This document shows, piece after piece, positions 1 through 8,035 of a DNA stretch of 20,000 nt. The stretch lies in the IMG/VR virus record IMGVR_UViG_3300036860_000214; one strand, given 5' to 3'. The first letter of the stretch is position 1. Every line of letters starts with the position of its first letter. This stretch comes from an uncultured virus (IMG/VR IMGVR_UViG_3300036860_000214). Its lineage: Duplodnaviria; Heunggongvirae; Uroviricota; Caudoviricetes. The notes beneath the pieces are model-generated. The model had not been told where the DNA came from and ran no database searches. It worked only from the letters and a program-made list of their open reading frames with translations. The position numbers and the translations under genes were made by a program.

Positions 1-7
1 TTAGCGC

Positions 8-1933
8 CTAGCGCTGCGACGCCTCGCCGCTTGAGGCCAGTTGCAACACGGCCTCCCCGGTCGTCTGCGGCTGGACGGTCGCCTCCCCGGTGGAGGCGGG
101 CTGGGTGGTGGCGACCCCGACCGCCCAGAACACCGGCACGACCGTCGCCACGACCAGGGTGTCGGCGCCGGCGGATTGGTCCGCCAGGGCCACCAGGACG
201 GCCGCTGCGGCGGTTTCAGCAGCCGTCGCGAGGTCCGACAGGGTGACGGCGGCAGCGACCCGGAGAACGTCTCCAGCGGTCCCCGAGTCGGCGAGGGTCT
301 TGGCCTGGGTGACCGCCAGGGCGTCGGCGCCGGTACCCGTGTCGGCGAGGGTGCGGGTCTGGGCGACCGCGAGGCTGTCAGCGGTGGCCCCGGACTCGGC
401 GAGCGGGACCGCCGCGGCGACCTGGAGGGTGTCGGCGGCGGCGCCCTGGTCGGTGAGGTTCTTGGGGATGACGAGCTGGTCGCTGGCGGTGCCGCTGTCG
501 CCAAGGGTGACCGCGGCGGCGACCTGGAGGGTCTCCTGCGACCCGTAGACATCGGTGTAGAGGTCGCTGTAGGGGTCGCCCCAGGCGGTGCCCTGCTCCG
601 TCAGGGTGACCGCCGCGGCGACGGTGAGCGTCTGGGTGGCGGTGCCGCTGTCGGCGAGGGTCTTCTGGACGCTCTGGTCGACCGAGATGGCGTCGGTGGC
701 GCTGCCGGCCTGGGTCAGCGTGACCGCAGCGGCGACGCTCAGGGTCTCGGTGCCGCTGCTCTGCTCGCCGAGGGGAACCGCAGCGGCCACCTGGAGCGCG
801 TCGCCGGCGACCCCGGCGTCGGTGAGGGTCTTGGGGACCGCGACCTGGAGGGCGTCGGTTCCAGCGCCGCTGTCGGTCAGGGTGACGGCGGCCGTGACGG
901 TGAGCTGGTCGGCGCCCACCCCGGCCTCGCCGAGCGTGACCGTGGCCGCGACCTGGAGGGCATCCGCGCCAACGCCCTGGTCGGTGAGGGTGTGGGCCTG
1001 GGTGACCTGGAACGTGTCAGCGCCGGCACCGCTGTCGGCGAGTGCGACGGCGGCGGCGACGCTGAGGCTGTCGGTGCCGCTGCCGGATTCGGTCAGGGCG
1101 ACGGCGGCGCTGACCTGGAGCGCGTCGGCGGTCGAGCCGGCATCGGGGAGGGTCTTGGACTCCGCGCCGCCGGTGAGCAGCCCCCGAACCAGGACCGACA
1201 TCCCCGACGCGCTGACCGCGTTGTCGGCAGTCGCGGTCTGCACCCCGGTCGCATTGGTGTCGTTGACGGCCAGCGAGCACACCGAGACGCTGGCGTTGGA
1301 GGAGCCGACGACGGCGCTGGAGACGTCGACCTCTTCGGTCGTCATCCCCGCCGGCTTGGTGTAGGTGACCGCGACCGAGGCGGTGGGGTTGCGGCCGGTG
1401 TGGCCGGTCAGCAGCAGCGTCCCGGCGTTGGCGGGTGTCAGCGACGGCGCATCGACCGAGGTGGTGGTGGCCGCCGGGCCGTTGTCGCTGGCGCCGGCGA
1501 CGTCCTCGAACGCGGCGGTGTCGACCCCGGCGATCGCCAGGGACGCGGCGGCGAACCGGCCCGACGAGAAGCTGATGGTGACGCTGCCGCCGCCACCCGA
1601 CAGCGTGGTGTCCTTGCGGAAGCACGCACTCTCGGCGCTGGTGCTGTTCTCGCTGTCAAATTGGCCGACCACCGCGGTGTAGCCCGTCGGGGTGGTGATC
1701 GCGCCGGCGGAGGCGGTGAGCTCGCAGAAGATGTAGTGGACGTCGCCGGCCTGCGCGCCCGAGGGGATCGGCACCGCCCCGCTGGTCTCGGTGATCGAGG
1801 AGGCGTAGCTGGTCTTGTCGCGGACGCTCGGGGGGGTCCGCGCGCCACCGGCGACCGGTGCGCGCAGCAGCCGCGACCCGAGCCGGCCGCGGAGCGGCCG
1901 CGGCCTGGTGGGCACTCGGCGGGGCGCAGGCAT
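8..1933 (-). CDS. Putative virion fibre/decoration protein, 641 aa: beta-rich N-terminal domain plus about 18 tandem 18-aa repeats
   Basis: Long ORF with high GC3; GGGAG SD before ATG; Ala/Thr/Ser/Val/Asp-rich; repeats like VTLxDSGxGxDxLxVAAA; lies in the structural region. Confidence 0.75.
   Translation of the reverse strand: MPAPRRVPTRPRPLRGRLGSRLLRAPVAGGARTPPSVRDKTSYASSITETSGAVPIPSGAQAGDVHYIFCELTASAGAITTPTGYTAVVGQFDSENSTSAESACFRKDTTLSGGGGSVTISFSSGRFAAASLAIAGVDTAAFEDVAGASDNGPAATTTSVDAPSLTPANAGTLLLTGHTGRNPTASVAVTYTKPAGMTTEEVDVSSAVVGSSNASVSVCSLAVNDTNATGVQTATADNAVSASGMSVLVRGLLTGGAESKTLPDAGSTADALQVSAAVALTESGSGTDSLSVAAAVALADSGAGADTFQVTQAHTLTDQGVGADALQVAATVTLGEAGVGADQLTVTAAVTLTDSGAGTDALQVAVPKTLTDAGVAGDALQVAAAVPLGEQSSGTETLSVAAAVTLTQAGSATDAISVDQSVQKTLADSGTATQTLTVAAAVTLTEQGTAWGDPYSDLYTDVYGSQETLQVAAAVTLGDSGTASDQLVIPKNLTDQGAAADTLQVAAAVPLAESGATADSLAVAQTRTLADTGTGADALAVTQAKTLADSGTAGDVLRVAAAVTLSDLATAAETAAAAVLVALADQSAGADTLVVATVVPVFWAVGVATTQPASTGEATVQPQTTGEAVLQLASSGEASQR
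140..1156 (-). repeat. Intragenic degenerate tandem repeat, about 54-nt period, about 18 units
   Basis: Units counted by eye from KTLPDAGSTADALQVSAA to VALADQSAGADTLVVATV; one unit is 20 aa, one is 16 aa, one has a 15-aa insertion. Confidence 0.9.
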
Positions 1934-1959
1934 CGGCGGCTCCCGTTGAGGCTAGGCGG

Positions 1960-2406
1960 CTAGTTCGAGTCCCATGACCAGTACACGTCGGCGATCTGGC
2001 CGGTGCCGGTGATCGGCATGAGCACGAACCCGTTGGCGACCCCCGACGGGAGCCACAACCCGCGACCGCCGAACGTCCAGATGATCCCCGACCCGATCGA
2101 CGCACCGATCGCGGCGCGGCGGATCTCCCCACCCACCAGCGTCGGCGCCACGGTGTGGGTGTCGCGCGGGTCGCCCTTGGCGGTGAAGTTGCCGTCGTTC
2201 TCCTCGTAGACGACGGTCTGCGCGGCGCCCTGGGTGCCGGTGGAGGTGACCCGCTTGAGGGAACACTCGAACGCGGTGACAGTGGTGTTGGTCACCCCGA
2301 CCTCCACCAGCCACAGCCCACCGGTCGAGGAGGCGTAGAGGCTGGCCATCGGCAGGGTCGCCGACCCGGCTCCGGCGGTGCGCCATGCGGCGGCTTGTCG
2401 ACCCAC
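1960..2406 (-). CDS. Hypothetical protein, probable virion structural protein (148 aa)
   Basis: GTG start with GGAGG SD; high GC3; Thr/Gly-rich, beta-strand-like; 3 nt from the upstream gene. Confidence 0.75.
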   Translation of the reverse strand: MGRQAAAWRTAGAGSATLPMASLYASSTGGLWLVEVGVTNTTVTAFECSLKRVTSTGTQGAAQTVVYEENDGNFTAKGDPRDTHTVAPTLVGGEIRRAAIGASIGSGIIWTFGGRGLWLPSGVANGFVLMPITGTGQIADVYWSWDSN

Positions 2407-2409
2407 GAT

Positions 2410-3180
2410 CTAGCCTCCCGGGAGGATCAAGGACGGGTTGGTCGGGGCGTAGCCGCCGACGATGACGTGCTGCTCGGACGGCCGCGGGGAGCGGTGCAAC
2501 TGGGCGACCGGGCCCCCAGTCGGCGGGTCGGTCTCCCAGAACGCCACCGACGCCCCGACGAAATCGTCGGCGGTCGATGCCGTCCACCCCGCCCCCAGCG
2601 ACCCCGCCGTGGCGAGGGTGCGGCGGGCCCAGCCGCGGCCCTGCGCGCCGTAGTCCTCGAACCCCGGGGTGGGCGCCAGCGTCCAGCTCGCCGCCGGGGT
2701 GTTGGTCATCGAGGTGAGGCCGGAGTGGATGCCGAGGTAGGCGACCACGCCCGAGTTCAAACTGGCGTGGGTCCAGGACGGGTTGGCGACGCTCGCGGAC
2801 AGGCCGCTGCCGTCGCTGTCGACCGCGACGACCTTGCCGGCGGCGACGGTCATGGTGGAGATCGCCGCGCGGAGGCTGGTGGTGCCAGTGCGGGTCACCC
2901 GGACGGTCTGCGCGCCGGACGGGAACACGTTGGAGTCGCCGGCCCAGTAGATGTAGACGCCGCCGGCCTCGGTCGACTCGGTGTCGAACCGGCGGCGGGT
3001 GAGCGCCACCGCGCCGCCGGAGATGCCGTAGACGACGCTGGTGACCAGGTCGCTGGCGGAGTTCCCGACGATGATGACGCAGACGCCGTTGGGGGTGCTG
3101 GCCGGGGTGATCGAGGTGTCGTAGCTCCCCGCGACCGTGTTGGCGATGCCGAGGATCTCGGAGTCGTGCGCGATCGCCAT
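2410..3180 (-). CDS. Hypothetical protein, probable minor virion protein (256 aa)
   Basis: High GC3; MAIAHD start and VTSVVYG...ALT pattern recall beta-sandwich phage virion proteins; Ser/Thr-rich. Confidence 0.75.
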   Translation of the reverse strand: MAIAHDSEILGIANTVAGSYDTSITPASTPNGVCVIIVGNSASDLVTSVVYGISGGAVALTRRRFDTESTEAGGVYIYWAGDSNVFPSGAQTVRVTRTGTTSLRAAISTMTVAAGKVVAVDSDGSGLSASVANPSWTHASLNSGVVAYLGIHSGLTSMTNTPAASWTLAPTPGFEDYGAQGRGWARRTLATAGSLGAGWTASTADDFVGASVAFWETDPPTGGPVAQLHRSPRPSEQHVIVGGYAPTNPSLILPGG

Positions 3181-3183
3181 CGC

Positions 3184-3891
3184 TTAGATGACCTCAGGGG
3201 GTGAGACCGGCTGGCTGGCGGCGTACACGCCCAGCAGCGCGTAGTAGCTGTCACCGGCGGCTGGGGCGCTGGTGTTGACCGTGGCGGTGCATTCGTAGGT
3301 CGCCCCGGCGCTGGTGCCGAACGCCCACGACCAGGACACGTCCAGCTCCTGGTTGGTCAGGCTCAGCCGGGCCTCGTCCCGCTCGACGAACCCGCCCGTG
3401 TGGCCGGAGAAGTTGAGGGTCATGCCGGGTGCGGACGCCTGGTGGGTGGTGAGGTGGGTGGCGAGCGCGACGATCTCGCCGCGGTTGGTCGCCGGGGTGG
3501 TCCCGGTCGACAGGGTGGCCACCGACGCGCCGCTGGCGCTGTTCTGACTGTAGGTCTCGAACGGGCCGACCGGCTCCAGGCCGAGGTCCCATTCGGTCAC
3601 CCGCCATGCCCACACCCGCGCGCCGATCGGGTCGGTCCACTGCCACGTCGACTCCCCCGCAGGGATCGGGGAGCAGCGGAACACCCACAGGACCGCTGCG
3701 GCGGGGATGGCGGAGCAGTCGAATTCCCACCCGTCCGGCATCCCCGGCCACACGATCGGGCCGTACATCTCCACGATCACGGACCCGCCGCCCTGGGTCG
3801 GGGTGTCCAGGGTGACGTCCACGGTCTGCTGGCCGGCACCACCGACGGTGCCGGTCTTGGCCTGGATCGCGTTGGCGGCGGAGAGGGTCAT
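3184..3891 (-). CDS. Hypothetical protein, probable minor virion protein (235 aa)
   Basis: High GC3; abuts upstream stop (TAGATG); Thr/Trp-rich beta-type sequence. Confidence 0.75.
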   Translation of the reverse strand: MTLSAANAIQAKTGTVGGAGQQTVDVTLDTPTQGGGSVIVEMYGPIVWPGMPDGWEFDCSAIPAAAVLWVFRCSPIPAGESTWQWTDPIGARVWAWRVTEWDLGLEPVGPFETYSQNSASGASVATLSTGTTPATNRGEIVALATHLTTHQASAPGMTLNFSGHTGGFVERDEARLSLTNQELDVSWSWAFGTSAGATYECTATVNTSAPAAGDSYYALLGVYAASQPVSPPEVI

Positions 3892-4410
3892 CTACGGCGC
3901 AGTGCCGCACCAGGGCGCCACGAACGACCCGGCGAACGACCCACCCGACGGGAAGCTCAGGCTGGCGCTGCCCTCGTACTGGGTCGAGTCCATGCGGGTG
4001 AAGCTGACGGTGCCCGAGGTGGCCGCGATGTCGTTGCCGAGCCCGCCGCCCGCCTTGGCCTTCATGAAGTAGGCGCGGACGGTGCGGGTGACGCCGTCGC
4101 TGGTGGTCTGCTGGACGTCCGGGACCGTGAAGGTGAGCGGCAGGTCGCCGGCGGGTGGGTAGACGGGCGCGCAGTCCGGCAGCGGCGCCCAGCCGAGCAG
4201 CACCAGCCGGATCGTCAGCTCGTTGGCGACATACGGGCTGCCGGTGGCGCAGGCGTTGGCGCAGTCCGACAGCAGCACGACGTGGTTCCACTGTGCCTGC
4301 ACCCCACCCGCCGGGCACAGCAGGCCACCGAAGTTGCCGGCGTAGGCGTCCTGGAGGCCGGTGAGGCTGTTGCCGCTGACCGTGCCAGTCGGGTTGGTCA
4401 CGCTACCCAT
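3892..4410 (-). CDS. Hypothetical protein (172 aa, 5 Cys)
   Basis: Start moved to ATG 4410 (MGSVTNP); GGGAGG upstream; high GC3 from that point. Confidence 0.7.
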   Translation of the reverse strand: MGSVTNPTGTVSGNSLTGLQDAYAGNFGGLLCPAGGVQAQWNHVVLLSDCANACATGSPYVANELTIRLVLLGWAPLPDCAPVYPPAGDLPLTFTVPDVQQTTSDGVTRTVRAYFMKAKAGGGLGNDIAATSGTVSFTRMDSTQYEGSASLSFPSGGSFAGSFVAPWCGTAP

Positions 4411-4541
4411 CAGGTGGAGGTTCCTCCCAGGTCGGGGGTGGGTAGAGATGCGGGCGGGTCGGGTGCCGGCAGCAGGACCGCCACCGGACGGCATCGGACG
4501 TTCGGTGGCGACCCGCGTCGGCGCCCGGCCACTGGCATGCC

Positions 4542-4590
4542 GGCCGGGGCGGGCAGCCAGGCGGGCTCGACCTGACCGCCGCCCCGGGCC
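4542..4590 (-). terminator. Long GC-rich stem-loop just after the GT2 stop; possible U-tract-less terminator or processing site
   Basis: mRNA GGCCCGGGGCGGCGGUCAGG pairs with CCUGGCUGCCCGCCCCGGCC (about 19 bp with bulges and GU pairs); no U-tract. Confidence 0.45.
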
Positions 4591-4600
4591 AGTTCGGGGG

Positions 4601-5350
4601 CTACTGGCCGATTCTCGTCAGGCCCTCATACTCGATCGCCTGCACCGGCGTGTACGCCGACAGCGGCGTGAACCGGTGCACCACCAGCACCTCGGGAATC
4701 GGCGGGACGACCCCGCAGACCGCGCCGAGCTTGTCGAGGAAGATCCCGTCGGAGTGGTAGCAGGTGCTGGGCTCCTCGGGGAGCCACGGGTCGCCGATCT
4801 GGTCGAGCAGGCTGGTCCGCCAGGCCACCTGCGCGCCGTCGACCTGGCAGTCGAACGACGCGCCGAACTTCTGCTCGGTCGCTGGCCGGGCTGCGACCAT
4901 CGTCTCGACCCCGTCGGCGTCCAGGGTGGCGACGAGCTGGGAGCACCATACCGCCCCGACTTGCGGGAACCGGTCGAGGTAGCCGGCCATCACCTCGACG
5001 AACTGCGGCAGGTAGCGGTCGTCGTCGTAGAAGGTCGCCATGTACCGCCCGCGGACCAGGCCCCGACGGATCGCCTGGTTGGTCGCCCACCCGACCGGGC
5101 ATTTCGTTGCCTTCAGGTCGGGGCCTTCGCCGGTGAACGTCCACTCCACCAGCGGATGGGTGCGGTAGGTGCGCCAGATCCGCGCCATCGCCGCCGCCGC
5201 TTCGCCGGGTTCACCGCGCCACTGGCCCGAGTCGACGACCAGGAGCTGGAGGTCCTGGCTGGTCTGGGCCAGGACGCTGTTGATCGCCTCGCGGAGGTAC
5301 GGCCCCTTCATGTGGCTACAGAGCAGGATCGTCATCGCCGGAGCGGTCAT
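4601..5350 (-). CDS. Glycosyltransferase family 2 (GT-A fold), 249 aa
   Basis: YLREAINSVLAQT...LLVVDSG N-terminal GT2 signature; GRYMATFYDDD DxD-type motif; ATGA overlap with gmd. Confidence 0.9.
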   Translation of the reverse strand: MTAPAMTILLCSHMKGPYLREAINSVLAQTSQDLQLLVVDSGQWRGEPGEAAAAMARIWRTYRTHPLVEWTFTGEGPDLKATKCPVGWATNQAIRRGLVRGRYMATFYDDDRYLPQFVEVMAGYLDRFPQVGAVWCSQLVATLDADGVETMVAARPATEQKFGASFDCQVDGAQVAWRTSLLDQIGDPWLPEEPSTCYHSDGIFLDKLGAVCGVVPPIPEVLVVHRFTPLSAYTPVQAIEYEGLTRIGQ

Positions 5351-6300
5351 GCCGCCAGGGCCTCCAGGTCGTGGGCGACCAGCCGCCGGACGATCTCGGC
5401 GAACTTGACCGACGGCACCCACCCGAGCCGTTCCCGGGCCCGGGCCGCATCGCCCTGGAGATGGTCGACATCGGCGGGACGGTACAGGGCTGGGTCGCGG
5501 CGCAGATGCCGCGGCCAGTCCAGCCCGGCCTCGTCGAACGCGCGGCGGGCGAGCTCACCGACGGTGTGCGCCTGCCCCGTCGCCAGGACGTAGTCACCGG
5601 GAATCTCCTGAGCGGCGATCAGCGGCAGCGCTGCCACGTACTCCGGTGCCCAGCCCCAGTCGCGGCGGGCATTCAGGTTCCCGAGCACCAGATGCTGCTG
5701 CTGGCCGCGGGCGATCCTGGCGGCCGCCATGGTGACCTTGCGGGTGACGAACTCCTCACCGCGCCGCGGCGACTCGTGGTTGAACATGATCGCCGTCGAG
5801 GCGTGCAGGCCGTAGGACTCGCGGTAGTTCACCGTCGTGTGGTGCGCGAACGCCTTGGCGACCCCATAGGGCGACCTGGGCCGGAACGGTGTCCCCTCAT
5901 GCTGGGGCGCGGGCGCGGCGCCGAACATCTCCGACGAGCTGGCCTGCACCAGCCGGATGTGCGGGTCCATCTGCCGGATCGCCTCCAGCAGCCGCAGCAC
6001 TCCCAGCCCGGTGACCTCGGTCATCAGGGTCGGCTGCTGCCAACTCATGCCGACGAAGGTGACCGCGCCGAGGTTGAACACCACCTCCGGCTTGGACTCC
6101 TCCAGTGCGTGGCGAAGGCTCGAGGCGTCCAGCAGATCCCCGTCGACCAGCCGCAGACCCGGCACCAGGCCCTGGATCCAGGCGCGCTTGGGGTTGGCCT
6201 GCCCGCGGATTATACCCCACACCTCGTGGCCGTCGGCGGCGAGCTGCTCAGCGAGGTAACTCCCATCCTGGCCGGTCACCCCGATGACGAGGGCTCTCAC
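5347..6300 (-). CDS. gmd: GDP-mannose 4,6-dehydratase
   Basis: GVTGQDGSYLAE, QASSSEMFG, PRSPYGVAK (YxxxK), FNHESPRRGEEFVTRK and LGNLNARRDWG are hallmark Gmd motifs. Confidence 0.96.
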   Translation of the reverse strand: MRALVIGVTGQDGSYLAEQLAADGHEVWGIIRGQANPKRAWIQGLVPGLRLVDGDLLDASSLRHALEESKPEVVFNLGAVTFVGMSWQQPTLMTEVTGLGVLRLLEAIRQMDPHIRLVQASSSEMFGAAPAPQHEGTPFRPRSPYGVAKAFAHHTTVNYRESYGLHASTAIMFNHESPRRGEEFVTRKVTMAAARIARGQQQHLVLGNLNARRDWGWAPEYVAALPLIAAQEIPGDYVLATGQAHTVGELARRAFDEAGLDWPRHLRRDPALYRPADVDHLQGDAARARERLGWVPSVKFAEIVRRLVAHDLEALAA

Positions 6301-6569
6301 CGGGCTGCCCCGTCCTGGATCAACCGGGCGCCCTCAGCGCCGGCGCGGAGCTCGACCGACAGCCCGAGCAGCGTCAGCCCGTCGCCTCGGGGGGTCGGCA
6401 GGGCGAACGGCGGGACCTCGGGGGCGAACAGATCACGCAACATCTGCCACATCTCGCCGTCCATGACCCAGTGTCGCCGCTGCCGCTCCGCCAGCGGCAC
6501 CGAGTACATCTCCTCGAACAGCACCCGCAGGATCATTTCCCGGTCGACCTGCTCACCAGTGGTGCTCAC
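6297..6569 (-). CDS. Hypothetical protein (90 aa) resembling an isolated segment of an HK97-type capsid protein
   Basis: GTGA overlaps at both ends; start moved to GTG 6569; W...R...F...G...LLG spacing matches the capsid protein in this window. Confidence 0.7.
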   Translation of the reverse strand: MSTTGEQVDREMILRVLFEEMYSVPLAERQRRHWVMDGEMWQMLRDLFAPEVPPFALPTPRGDGLTLLGLSVELRAGAEGARLIQDGAAR

Positions 6570-7774
6570 AGCAGCACCGGGACCGGGATCGGAACCAGGA
6601 ACCGGCCACCGCGCTCCAGGAACGCCCGCTCCCGGTGGATGACGCCGGGCAGGTAGTTCCACGCCAGCAGCAGGTAGACATCGGGCGGCTCCCGGTCGCC
6701 GGGCGCGACGACGGGGATGTGGGTGCCGGGGGCGTAGCGGCCGATCTTGGCGGGGGTCAGATCCTCGATGTACTCCAGCAGGCTGGCACCGATGCTGCAG
6801 GCGTTCAGGAGCGTGGTCGACTTGGCGGTGGCGCCATACCCGGCCAGCCGGCGCCCTGCCCGCCGTTCAGCCATGACGAGGCTGGCCAGCCGGCCGCGAA
6901 GGTACTCGACCCGCCCGGCGAAGCTCTTGTAGGCACTCATACCGACCAGGCCGAGACGTTCCCGCTCGTACCAGACGCCCTCGGGTTCCTTGAGGTCGTG
7001 GCCGCGTAGCAGCGCCACCCGGATGCTCCCGCCCTGCTGCTCGGTCCAGTCGACCTTGGCGATCCGCAGCCCAGCCCTCGCGCACACCTGCCACAGCGAC
7101 CATAGCGAGAAGTAGAACCGGTGCTCGTGGTAGACGTGGTCGAACTGGTTGCCGGCCAGCAGGTCCGCCAGGTACTGCACCTCCACCACTGCCACGCCGT
7201 CGGGCGCGAGCAGGTCGACGATGCCGCCGAAGAAGTCGTCGAGGTCGGCGACGTGGGCGGCGACGTTGCGGGCGATGACGAGCCCGGCCGGGCCGACCTC
7301 CTCACGGATCTTCGCGGCGGCAGCCCGGCCGAACGGTTCGACGTAGCGGTCCAGCAGCCAGGCGAACGTCTGCAGCATCGGCCCTTCCGCCGGGTCGATC
7401 CCGACCACCGGACAGCCGGCCGCGTGGAAATGGCGCAGCAGGTCGCCGTCGTTGCAGGCGATCTCAACCGTCAGCCGCTTGGCCTGCTCCGGGTAGGTGG
7501 CCAGCAGCTCGGCGGCCAGCGCCTGATGCTCGGCGACCTTCGACGGCGACGCCCCCGAGTAGAACCCATAGCTCACATCCCAGAGCAGCTCATCGGGGAC
7601 GACCTCCAGGAGCTGCACCAGCCAGCAGGCGCGGCACACCGCGACCTCGAGCGGCCAGGTGTCCTCGGGTTCGTCGGGGGTGGCGGGGAACCGGTCGGCC
7701 AGCGGCGTGGAGCCGAGGTCGAGGAACACCTCGAGCTGATCGCTGCCGCAGCCGCCGCATCGGTCGCGTTGCAT
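6566..7774 (-). CDS. SAM-dependent NDP-hexose C-methyltransferase (TcaB9/NovU/EryBIII-like; Zn-binding, SAM and C-terminal domains)
   Basis: CGGC and CRAC zinc ligands, FLDLGSTPLAD, VEIACNDG, FDHVYHEH.FYFS, GGSIR, YGATAK, PGTHIPVV, LLLAWNY, GGRFLVPIP. Confidence 0.92.
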   Translation of the reverse strand: MQRDRCGGCGSDQLEVFLDLGSTPLADRFPATPDEPEDTWPLEVAVCRACWLVQLLEVVPDELLWDVSYGFYSGASPSKVAEHQALAAELLATYPEQAKRLTVEIACNDGDLLRHFHAAGCPVVGIDPAEGPMLQTFAWLLDRYVEPFGRAAAAKIREEVGPAGLVIARNVAAHVADLDDFFGGIVDLLAPDGVAVVEVQYLADLLAGNQFDHVYHEHRFYFSLWSLWQVCARAGLRIAKVDWTEQQGGSIRVALLRGHDLKEPEGVWYERERLGLVGMSAYKSFAGRVEYLRGRLASLVMAERRAGRRLAGYGATAKSTTLLNACSIGASLLEYIEDLTPAKIGRYAPGTHIPVVAPGDREPPDVYLLLAWNYLPGVIHRERAFLERGGRFLVPIPVPVLL

Positions 7775-7778
7775 GCAT

Positions 7779-7846
7779 GCCTCCGCAGGCTGTGGGGAGG
7801 GCTGGGCCGGACAGCTTGCGGAGGCGCCGAACCGGCCCGCCCTCCC
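7779..7846 (-). promoter_or_regulatory. Two interleaved inverted repeats (A-B-A'-B') over the methyltransferase RBS; candidate translational switch
   Basis: 7832-7846 pairs with 7795-7810 (15 bp, 1 bulge); 7811-7825 pairs with 7779-7793 (14 of 15 bp), which contains the GGAGG SD at 7780-7784. Confidence 0.65.
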
Positions 7847-7858
7847 ATCCTTGTCGTG

Positions 7859-8035
7859 CTACTCCTTCGGCTTGCCTTTCGCCTTCGGTTCCGGCGTCGC
7901 TGGTGCCTCCGGGACCTTGAACTCCTCGACGTAGCCCTCGACGATCTTGGGGTCGCCCTCGGCTAGCACCGATCCCTCCTGCACGAACTGGTTGCCAGCC
8001 CAATAGGACTGGTTGGCGCGTACTAGCCCTGCCAT
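7859..8035 (-). CDS. Small protein (58 aa), not in the ORF track; resembles the short gene that often follows actinophage capsid genes
   Basis: MAGLVRANQSYWAGNQFVQEGSVLAEGDPKIVEGYVEEFKVPEAPATPEPKAKGKPKE*; GAGGAGG SD 7 nt upstream; Lys/Pro/Glu tail. Confidence 0.8.
   Translation of the reverse strand: MAGLVRANQSYWAGNQFVQEGSVLAEGDPKIVEGYVEEFKVPEAPATPEPKAKGKPKE

Noticed and set aside
140..1156. Periodic DNA repeats as a CRISPR array
   Set aside because: Degenerate, codon-phased and within an ORF; no repeat-spacer structure and no cas genes.
4410..4538. 42-codon minus-strand ORF (MPVAGRRRGSPP...) ending in TGATG
   Set aside because: No SD, poor codon usage, and it overlaps predicted hairpins.
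6209..6214. Perfect TATAAT on the minus strand inside gmd
   Set aside because: No -35 or extended -10 element; insufficient for a promoter call.
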